Assembly (NCBI GenBank): GCA_049724395.1
Contig: JAUGWO010000056.1
Span: 62,001 to 82,320 of the forward strand
Direction of reading: 5' to 3'
Length of the DNA stretch: 20,320 bases
Source of the DNA: Spongospora subterranea f. sp. subterranea
Lineage: Eukaryota
A model generated the notes under the pieces. It was not told the DNA's origin, did not search any database, and saw only the letters and a program-made list of their open reading frames with translations. This document shows, in pieces, positions 11,701-20,320 of this stretch; the stretch's first letter is position 1; the number at the start of each line of letters is the position of its first letter. The position numbers and the translations under genes were made by a program.

Positions 11701-11964
11701 ACAAACAAATAAACCTGATGGGCCTAAGGGTAGTTTCACAAGGGTTATATGTTTATTCTCTTGTATTCATATCGACTTTTCCTTATAATTCTCGTTGAAT
11801 TCAGTTCAACCTTGGCCGAGATACATATGTGGATTCAACAGTTCTCTTCGCTAGGGACGTAGTTAGGAAATTCACGCTCGATTGATGTCCTGAATAAAAC
11901 GGTAAATCGACTTGTAGACAAGGGATAGAACCGATTTGTCGGAATCATCTCAATGGGTTATGAA
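8791..11964 (+). repeat. Segmental duplication copy B (direct repeat of 356-3570)
   Basis: Collinear with copy A; ends where the LINE fragment begins. Confidence 0.97.
9390..11650 (+). CDS. Putative secreted protein with three Cys/His/Trp repeats, copy B (7 exons; one apparent frameshift near 10691)
   Basis: Exons 9390-9536, 9599-9766, 9822-10040, 10090-10251, 10306-10443, 10508-10963, 11014-11650. Splice sites are conserved with copy A. The 8-bp, 1-bp and 1-bp length differences between the copies fall in introns 2, 3 and 6. Exon 6 has one extra base (ATCCCTAATTT vs ATCAAAATTT). Confidence 0.75.
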
Positions 11965-13082
11965 ATACGGTATGCGAGAGACTGACAAATTGGCTATCGA
12001 TGGACAAACGATCCAGACGACCAAAACAGTACAATACCTGGGAGCAACGCTAAATGCCAATAACGAAAATAACCACTCAACTTTCACGACTCAACTGACA
12101 GAAGTGGCCAACGATATAAGGAAACGATGTAAACTGGTACGAGAAATGAGAAAATACCGGATACCATACAGAACATATCAACAAATATGTCGAGGATTTA
12201 TAGGAGGGAAACTGAACTATTACCTACCTTGGTTGGCAGGAGAAATCAACATAAGACACTGCGACCCATAGAAACAGCATATAAGGACTATATGAGAACA
12301 TCTAAAGGATGTTTCAAATCAACACCAATCCCTATATTAAACGCTGCAATATCAGGATTCCCATTATTGAGAGATAAAATCATCACAGAAACAACAATGA
12401 CAGTAGTCGCTGCTCAGGCCAATGGGACATTACTAGGCAGAGAATACACAGAATGGAATGGAGAAGGAGACGGATGGACACCAGTTGGAGAAGTCTGGAA
12501 AGCGCTCAGAGATAGATTGCCTGAAGGATACGATTACATTCATCCTAGAACAGAGATATCTCCCACCATTCTTGAGGGACTGTATAAGGTAAAATTCCAC
12601 ACAGCAAAAAGGAAAAAGGCATCAAGAAACACAAAAAAGGAAACTATTACCAAAGAACCCAGACATCGAGCTATGGACAGATGGAAGTTTCAAACGCGAT
12701 GAGGGTGGAGGTGCAGCAGGACTTCTAATCGGAAAACGCAAAAGAAGGGAGCACCCCGAAACTGAGGCAGAGGAGATTGAATCAACAGTCAAACTAGGAC
12801 CGAAAGTGACGTCCTCGTCTGAATGTGAGATTATCGCACTGAACATAGGATTGGACATAGCAATTGAAAAAGACTATCGAGGCGCAAAGATACATGTTAT
12901 CATTTCATTATGACAGATTCCCTATCATGGATGACCCAGCAAAAATCACTACCGACAAAGCCAAGAAGAATTAACGCCGTCGTGGCCGAATGTGCGAAAA
13001 ACTGGCACAGCTAACCAACGACATACACTTTATTCCTAGCCATGTACCAGACATGGATAAGAATGAACCTGTAGAGCACCTG
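11965..13082 (+). mobile_element. Non-LTR (LINE) retrotransposon fragment: RT C-terminal/thumb region plus RNase H, pseudogenised
   Basis: LAIDGQTIQTTKTVQYLGATLN (RT 'KYLG' motif), YQQICRGFIGGKLNYYLPW and GCFKSTPIPILNA. Then, in shifted frames, the RNase H motifs IELWTDGSF..GGGAAG, SECEIIALNIGL, MTDSLS and IHFIPSHV....NE. Several frameshifts; A-rich sense strand. Confidence 0.9.
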
Positions 13083-13240
13083 AATAAATAATCCGTGGAA
13101 TGGACGTCCATCACATAAAACCCTGTATAAATAATCCGTGGAATGGACGTCCATCACATAGAACCCTGTATAAATAATTCGTGGAATGGACGTCCATCAC
13201 ATAAAACCCTGTATAAATAATTCGTGACATCACATAGAAC
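13078..13240. repeat. 43-bp tandem repeat (~3.5 units) at the putative element 5' terminus
   Basis: Unit AACCCTGTATAAATAAT(C/T)CGTGGAATGGACGTCCATCACATA(A/G), period 43 (13091 to 13134), containing the 12-bp palindrome ATGGACGTCCAT. A single homologous unit lies at 13604-13641. Confidence 0.95.
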
Positions 13241-13242
13241 TC

Positions 13243-13308
13243 TGAGTACCCCAACTATAGGGGTACTCACCAGAAAGTACCTTCATTCCATCAGTCCCAT
13301 GGAATGAA
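13243..13308. promoter_or_regulatory. Pair of perfect inverted repeats (10-bp arms, 7-bp spacers), putative cis-acting terminal site
   Basis: TGAGTACCCC-AACTATA-GGGGTACTCA (13243-13269) and TTCATTCCAT-CAGTCCC-ATGGAATGAA (13282-13308). The structure is seen directly; the function is inferred. Confidence 0.7.
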
Positions 13309-13647
13309 TGTCCCGGACAACAATCCCCTAGTTTGAGCAGTTCGTTGGAAAGCTCTTGAAAAATTTTGCTTAATGGTATACTTCAACGCTTCAAGTCCCC
13401 AACCAGTTTTGCACTATATCAGCTTAAACTTCGTAATCATTGAAACCATCTCATTCGCCACAAGTTCTGCCATAAAGTCCGTGGGCCGTACCGTGCCAGT
13501 TCGCTTTTGGTTTTGCCTTGGCCTGTCTCTCGTAAATGCCCGGAGCATGGCGATTCGTTGCAGTCAATGCAATCAACTGTTCCCGACGCTTGCTGCCAGG
13601 AAACTGTATAAATAATCCGTGGAATGGACGCCCATCACATATTTTAG

Positions 13648-13712
13648 GGGGTACGCAAGGCTATAGCGTACCCCTCCAAAATACCTTTCATTCCAAGCCT
13701 TCCAGGAATGAA
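13648..13712. promoter_or_regulatory. Homologous pair of inverted repeats in element 2
   Basis: GGGGTACGC-AAGGCTATA-GCGTACCCC (13648-13674) and TTCATTCC-N10-GGAATGAA (13687-13712). Confidence 0.7.
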
Positions 13713-13996
13713 TGGTCATGATCGAAAACGGACACTATCAGCAGTGCGTTGCAAAGATCTCGAAAAATGCTGCTCAGCGGTATCCTTTAATCGGCAAATA
13801 CCCAAATTCCGTTTTTGATAGGTCAAAATAAACATCAGAAATTCGATCCATTCTATAGATTGGAGATACAGCGTACCAAAAAGTCCGCCCCCTGTTATTT
13901 AGTCAGTTTACGGTACCCGGCAAAGCCATAACCGGCTTGTTTTCTCCTGTACTGTCTCCGCTGCAAAACAACCGTCGCTCGATTCAAGACCGATTA

Positions 13997-16540
13997 CTGG
14001 CATTCAAGTGCCCCCAATGCAACTTAGCATTTCCCTCACTATCGGCCAAAACAATTCATGTTCGGAAACATCATCAAAAATACAGTCACCATTCGACTGT
14101 CCAATGGATGTCATCCAGTCGTTCGTAATGCAACAAACGGTCTTTTTGAATGTCCCGTTCCTGATTGCGCTTATGCCAACTACGATCCAGCCAGGTTGAA
14201 AAAGCACATGTCTTCATGTCAAAACGTCTCATCTTCGCGCGCGACTGCCAAAGGACCCAATGACGACGATTTCGACCAATATCTTCAGCAATATGGCTAC
14301 TTTATTCATCCTGATCTCGGTCTCATTGTTTGCACTTCCTGTCAGTATGCATTAAATCCTACGAAAAGATGTATTGCAAGACACTCGCTGCAAAAGCATG
14401 ACCTGAAACTGGCAGACCACCAAGTTTTGGGTTCAATCATCAATCATGTAGCTGACTTTAGACATCCTTTGGTTCAACCATATATGGTCCCAACTGCCAA
14501 GACTTTCGATCCCGTGGCGGGAATAAAAATGCATCATGGTTTCAAGTGTTCCTTATGTTTCTATTGTTGCAAGGAGAAGCAGTCAATGCGCAAGCACCTT
14601 TCCATTGCACATCCAGAGTCCTCGTTCGATGGCAGCCACTTGCGTCAAACCCACGTCCAAACTATATTTAAAGGTTCAAAACTACCAACTTACAATATTT
14701 CTGCATTGAATGAATTTTTGAAAACAGGCACGAAGACTAGCTTCTTCGCGGTCAATCCATTCGAACCATTGTTGCGTCACGATGACCTCGATGTTAACGA
14801 TGTTGCCGCTGCCTTTGATGCTCTTAATCTCGCCAATCAAACCGTTCAGTCCTCTGCCAGGTTGGATGAACGTTGTCGCCACCCATTTTTTAGGGCCACG
14901 AATTGGGATCGCATAATCGAAATCGAATTTGGGTTGTTTGAACCCAAGATACTCATGGCGATTGTCGCACCCGCTAACGATCAGGATCCTCTTGAGAGCC
15001 TTGTCCTTGACGCCTGCGTTGATTACATTGACACTGTGCACATGTTGCTTCCACTAGTTCCATTTGTCGCCACTCGCAAAATATTATCTGGAAACAGGGT
15101 TAGCAAATTGATGACGGCACGGTCGGTGTACTTACATTTATTTTGGCAGCAATGACCATGTGGAGACCAGAGGCTTCCATGGCTACCAGGAGCCATCCAC
15201 CAAGATCCGATGTGCACATCATTTGAGCCTGTTTATTCTCATGCTCATCAGAATACACAACAACCACCAGGAATCTGCTGCTCTCATGATAGAAGATCCA
15301 GACCTTGTCCTCTCTGTCGAAGCCATGGCCTGTGTCAATCCCGAGGTTATTCAACCTTCGCAAGTCCTGAGCAATATTCAACACATTCTTCTATGTGTCT
15401 TTTGCGTCCGCCAACTTTTGCAGGAACCATATTCAAATTTGTTGCTATTTCGATTCTTTTTATTTTCTTGCTTACTGCCGGACGACTCGTCTACATACAC
15501 TTTTCGAAGTCCTCTCAGAATCAGCTCATCGCTCTCGGAGATACAATTTATTGGCCGTTCCATGATCACAATGGAGCTGATGAAACATCTGTGGATGGAG
15601 AATAACCCAGAGCCATTTTCCGACATGTAAACAGCATCCAAGCACTCATGCAGTCAACCAATTGATGTTCAACAATGTCCTTCTTGGTTTGTCAGGGCAT
15701 TCACAAATCTCTGTGAATTCATTACCGATGGTGCTAATTCGCCGTTCAACACCGTGCGAGAGATGTTGAGGATATTATCGGTCACACTAAGCGCCCAGCC
15801 AGAAATGCCCATTTTCTATTGGGCTGACGATAAGTGTCACACTTTGACATGTGCCAATAATGGCTTCTCCATATCCTTGCTCAGTCTTTCTAGTTTTGTG
15901 GATAAGCTTTTCGTCTACGCGATGGTGCATGCCAAAGAATTCTTATTGCTTGGTTTCCAGCTCACGCTACTAGATTAAATCCTTCATGGAAAATTATTTG
16001 ATGATCTTCACGATGACACCAAGGGCAATTCGTTTCTGACTGACTCCAAGAATCGATTTTGTTTAATTGGAGAGCAATTTTGTAGGCATGCTATCGTTCA
16101 CTGCCGGAAGTTTTTCGTTGATTACGCAGACGGCACAACTCTCACGTTCAACGAACCTAACGTGCAGAAATGGTTTAAATGGAGCGATGCGCCAACTCCA
16201 GGAGATGTTGATCGTACTTTTGCATATCACATCAGGTATGTCAACGTAGCTCACAGATTGCAATTATCATACACCATGTTTCTCACACAAAAAAACAGGT
16301 CAGCCCATGCGTGGAGAAGAAGCAAAATCGATTCTCATTTCGAGAAATAATAATTCCATCAATCGATCTGTCTATTGGGTCAATGGTAAATTATGCATTC
16401 TCCAAAGGTATCATAAGGAATTCAATAGGTCCGGCAAAATGACTATATATATTGCGTGTTTTGTTGCCCCTGTGCATACCAGGCTGTTTCTGATTTTTCT
16501 AACTGTCATATGTCCATTTCAACGGTCAGTATTCCTGTAG
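13997..16540 (+). pseudogene. Spliced, 3'-truncated gene: C2H2 zinc fingers + DUF3505(OrsD)-like domain + tyrosine-recombinase-like domain, as in N-termini of telomere-linked RecQ helicase (TLH)-type proteins
   Basis: Motifs in order: CPQC..HVRKHH; CPVPDC..KKH; LIVCTSCQYAL..RH..KH; PVAGIKMHHGFKCSLC..MRKHLSIAH..VQTIF; NSPFNTVRE..IFYWADD; LFDD..GNSFL.D..N; QEMLIVLLHITSGQPMRGEE..RSVYWVNG..QRYHK..VICPF. Phase-correct introns at 15627-15695 and 16236-16298; probable introns at 14674-14727 and 15099-15149. Lesions: frameshift in the A-run at ~14076, one-base phase mismatch at GGG 15097-15099, TAA at 15976, frameshift at ~16190. No helicase domain is present. Confidence 0.75.
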
Positions 16541-16646
16541 ACCACTTCGAGGATCGTGGCTCACCAAAAACAAACGACACCATCTTTTTTATCATGATAA
16601 AAAACCCCGATTTTCAATTTTTGACCAAAAACAAAATCATTTTGAC
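16538..16646. repeat. Inverted homolog of 8672-8781; begins exactly where the zinc-finger/recombinase-like gene is truncated
   Basis: TAGACCACTTCGAGGATCGTGGCTCACCAAAAACAAAC... is the reverse complement of the 8672-8781 block, and its TAG terminates the reading frame. Confidence 0.9.
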
Positions 16647-17067
16647 GCTCTCAGAGCGTTTAACGCTTTCGGTTGCGTTTGTTGACATCTCTGTTTTTAG
16701 AGGCGAATCCAAATTTTGCCAGTGCCCACGCAGTATTTCACCTTATATTGACTGGCCGTCCAAGTTTGGATATGGTTATCTGGAAGGATTTCTGCGCGTT
16801 ATCGGGAAGGCGGTGAGTCCATACCGGCGACGACCGTTCGCCTTCGTGGCGTCATAGTTGTTGGTGCTGCGTTGGCCTAATCGAAATGGCGCGCCGGTGC
16901 TGAGTCCTCGTTGTACCTTTAGTTATTGAAATGGGTTCGTCGACGTATTAATATCATTGGTCCTGTTCAGCTTTTGATTTGTGTTCGCCAGTTTCCCCAA
17001 CTTTTTCTCTCATCCAGTGTGGGCTACTGTCTGCTTAAACTCGAAGATTAAATTGCAGTTACTGAGT

Positions 17068-17432
17068 TCGGACTGAGTAGTCACGCGCTCTACGTTTTCA
17101 ATTTTAATGATTCGTCATCCCCAGGTTCCCGTCAGTTTTCATCACACCCTCTTTATACTTTGAATGCCAGGCCATCTCACCAATCCGTATTTTTCCCTTT
17201 CATTCTGAGATTCAGACACTGCGCATTTCAAACTCTCTCTGCAACCTGAAAGCCTTTTGATTCGACCGATTGTTTAACATTGTTTGAGCACCACGATCCT
17301 CGTAACACCAAATTTTTTGTTCAAAGCAACGAATGTTTTTCCTGCGTCAGTTTTCATCTACAGCCTCGCCATTCTTTGAATGGCAGATCAGGTCGCCAAT
17401 CCGTATTTCTTCAATTTGACGGCATTTCTTCA
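17068..17432. repeat. Inverted homolog of 7745-8137, with an internal ~63-bp direct repeat (17130-17192 / 17345-17408)
   Basis: CGTCAGTTTTCATC...CTTTGAATG.CAG...CCAATCCGTATTT occurs twice. Confidence 0.8.
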
Positions 17433-18242
17433 GGGGATCAAATCATGCTCAGATTCGATTTTTAAGTTTGCTGCTTACTCTGCAGGAGCCCCTGTTTATC
17501 GTGACTAGTTTGCGGCTTTGTGGATCTATAACGTTTTCGGTTCGTGAAGTCGATGGCGACAACGGAATTAATATTAGGTCTGAGTGAACCTAGTGTGTTG
17601 CAGGATAGTTGCCATTTGATGGAACCAGTTTGTGTTGTTGAGCACAGCCCGCGAAGACAGCCGATTGTGGTGAGAGAGTGGCCTGCCTCCGTATTTGTGG
17701 CAGGTCTGGTTTTCAGTGGCTTGGACATGTAAGAGACGAAGAAGAGCTCCTCGGAGTGGGAATCATCATCCTGTCTGCCGTTGAAGAAGTAGCAAAACAG
17801 GAGACATCATTTGGGGAATTCGGTTCGATTTTTTCGACAGCAGAAGCTGTTTTACAGGTATGGAATTTGTTTGGCCAGGATTGGCCAAGTTTTTTGCAAA
17901 CTGGGGACTAGAATAAAACAATCAAGGACCACAATTAGCAACCTGACGTCAGTCTGAAGTCTAATCGATCAAACCCAATCCATGACATGATCACAATTAT
18001 TGTGGTTTCTAATTTTGTGATTTTCGTCGTTGCGAAAATTGTTGCTTCAACCTTGTTCAAGTGTCGATTTTCAGTTTTCCATAGTTGGTGAAGTTTGATG
18101 AAAGGGTTTTGGAGCGTGATCAAGGTGTTTATTCAGACAAGCTTGAATTTTTGGGATTATGAATTGCCCAAAATCGGTGAAATTCGATGAATCAATTTTA
18201 AACCGCGATGCATCAAAGAGAGAGAGTGTCAGTTTGAGAATG

Positions 18243-20320
18243 TCAAAATCGATGAATTGATGTCAGAGAGCGATTCAAGTTGTGTTTTTGAGTTTTGTGA
18301 GATGTTGTTGTGATGAAAATTGGATGAATTGATGGCAAAGAGTGATTCAAGTTGTGTTTTTGAGTTTTGTGATTGGTTATTTTGATGAAAATGATGGACG
18401 GAGAAAGTGTTATTTTGATGGATGAAAATCGATGAATTAATGTCAGAGAGTAATTCAAATTGTGTTTTTGAATTGGTTATTTTGATGAAAATCGATGAAC
18501 GGAGAAAGTGTCAGAAAAGTGTCAGAGAAATGTGTCAGAGGAGTGTCAGAGAGCGACTGAAATTGTGCTTTTGAGTTTTGTGAGGTGTTGCTTGGATGAA
18601 AATCGATGAATTAATGTCAGAGAGTAATTCAAATTGTGTTTTTGAGTTTTGTGATTGGTTATTTTGATGAAAATCGATGAACGGAGAAAGTGTCAGAAAA
18701 GTGTCAGAGAAATGTGTCAGAGGAGTGTCAGAGAGCGACTGAAATTGTGCTTTTGAGTTTTGTGAGGTGTTGCTTGGATGAAAATCGATGAATTAATGTC
18801 AGAGAGTAATTCAAATTGTGTTTTTGAGTTTTGTGATTGGTTATTTTGATGAAAATGTCGATGAACGGAGAAAGTGTCAGAAAAGTGTCAGAGAAATGTG
18901 TCAGAGGAGTGTCAGAGAGCGACTGAAATTGTGCTTTTGAGTTTTGTGAGGTGTTGCTTGGATGAAAATCGATGAATTAATGTCTGAGAGTAATTCAAAT
19001 TGTGTTTTTGAGTTTTGTGATTGGTTATTTTGATGAAAATCGATGAACGGAGGAGACTGAAAAGTTTTGTGAGGTGTGCTTGGATGAAAATCGAGAATTA
19101 ATGTCTGAGAGTAAAATTGGTTATTTTGATGTCAGAGAAAGAGAAATTGTGCTTTTGAGTTTTGTGAGGTGTTGCTTGGATGAAAATCGATGAATTAATG
19201 TCTGAGAGTAATTCAAATTGTGTTTTTGAGTTTTGTGTGTCGATGAACGGAGAAAGTGTCAGAAAAGTGTCAGAGAAATGTGTCAGAGGAGTGTCAGAGA
19301 GCGACTGAAATTGTGCTTTTGAGTTTTGTGAGGTGTTGCTTGGATGAAAATCGATGAATTAATGTCTGAGAGTAATTCAAATTGTGTTTTTGAGTTTTGT
19401 GATTGGTTATTTTGATGAAAATCGATGAACGGAGAAAGTGTCAGAAAAGTGTCAGAGAAATGTGTCAGAGGAGTGTCAGAGAGCGACTGAAATTGTGCTT
19501 TTGAGTTTTGTGAGGTGTTGCTTGGATGAAAATCGATGAATTAATGTCTGAGAGTAATTCAAATTGTGTTTTTGAGTTTTGTGATTGGTTATTTTGATGA
19601 AAATCGATGAACGGAGAAAGTGTCAGAAAAGTGTCAGAGAAATGTGTCAGAGGAGTGTCAGAGAGCGACTGAAATTGTGCTTTTGAGTTTTGTGAGGTGT
19701 TGCTTGGATGAAAATCGATGAATTAATGTCTGAGAGTAATTCAAATTGTGTTTTTGAGTTTTGTGATTGGTGATTTTGATGAAAATCGATGAACGGAGAA
19801 AGTGTCAGAAAAGTGTCAGAGAAATGTGTCAGAGGAGTGTCAGAGAGCGACTGAAATTGTGCTTTTGAGTTTTGTGAGGTGTTGCTTGGATGAAAATCGA
19901 TGAATTAATGTCTGAGAGTAATTCAAATTGTGTTTTTGAGTTTTGTGATTGGTTATTTTGATGAAAATCGATGAACGGAGAAAGTGTCAGAAAACTGTCA
20001 GAGAAATGTGTCAGAGGAGTGTCAGAGAGCGACTGAAATTGTGCTTTTGAGTTTTGTGAGGTGTTGCTTGGATGAAAATCGATGAATTAATGTCTGAGAG
20101 TAATTCAAATTGTGTTTTTGAGTTTTGTGATTGGTTATTTTGATGAAAATCGATGAACGGAGAAAGTGTCAGAAAAGTGTCAGAGAAATGTGTCAGAGGA
20201 GTGTCAGAGAGCGACTGAAATTGTGCTTTTGAGTTTGTGAGGTGTTGCTTGGATGAAAATCGATGAATTAATGTCTGAGAGTAATTCAACTTGTGTTTTT
20301 GAGTTTTGGGATTGGTTGGT
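18243..20320. repeat. 182-bp satellite array (71-bp + 111-bp subunits), runs off the right edge
   Basis: Period 182 (register shifts 2 nt per three 60-nt lines, e.g. 19321/19503/19685), about 10 units. C-poor top strand; diverged ~71-bp monomers at the left edge; scrambled patch at ~19050-19240. Confidence 0.98.

Larger units (their letters stand above)
13078..13606 (+). mobile_element. Truncated 5' end of zinc-finger element 1 (terminal repeat, two hairpins, leader, first 20 codons)
   Basis: Same order of modules as 13604-14070. The ORF start at 13547, MAIRCSQCNQLFPTLAARKL, is homologous to LAFKCPQCNLAFPSLSAKTIHVRKHH and is cut just before the first His of the C2H2 finger. Confidence 0.7.

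Noticed and set aside
356..11964. The two 3.2-kb direct repeats as LTRs of one retroelement
   Set aside because: They contain a spliced gene, lack TG..CA ends, PBS and PPT, and their limits are set by unrelated insertions.
13078..13240. CRISPR-like palindromic repeats
   Set aside because: Contiguous 43-bp units without variable spacers.
14682..15641. Antisense and alternate-frame ORFs overlapping the zinc-finger gene
   Set aside because: Shadows of the + strand coding sequence, with no motifs of their own.
15976..15978. Alternative genetic code (TAA read-through)
   Set aside because: It is a single stop in a gene that also has frameshifts; other in-frame stops are explained by introns.
18243..20289. 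ORFs 18243-18458(-) and 20011-20289(-)
   Set aside because: By-products of the satellite's strand bias; low-complexity repeated peptides.

Overview
Eukaryotic, repeat-rich window, probably subtelomeric or heterochromatic DNA of a microbial eukaryote with short (48-69 bp) GT-AG introns; the organism cannot be determined from the sequence. It begins in a 53-bp tandem repeat and ends in a 182-bp satellite. Between them: (i) two copies (356-3570, 8791-11964) of a ~3.2-kb segment carrying a 7-exon, ~640-aa gene not visible in the ORF track, with a signal-peptide-like N-terminus and three gapless copies of a 41-aa Cys/His/Trp motif; (ii) a degenerate gag-like LTR-retroelement fragment; (iii) a 327-bp near-perfect inverted repeat made of a Copia RNase H/PPT/LTR end; (iv) a non-LTR (LINE) RT-thumb/RNase H fragment; (v) two nested 5' ends of a putative element encoding C2H2 zinc fingers, a DUF3505-like region and a tyrosine-recombinase-like motif (HITSGQPMRGEE, restored by splicing), of the type seen in fungal telomere-linked helicase proteins, preceded by conserved covarying hairpins and a 43-bp tandem repeat; (vi) dispersed inverted homology blocks. 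All family assignments come from motif recognition by eye; no searches were run.
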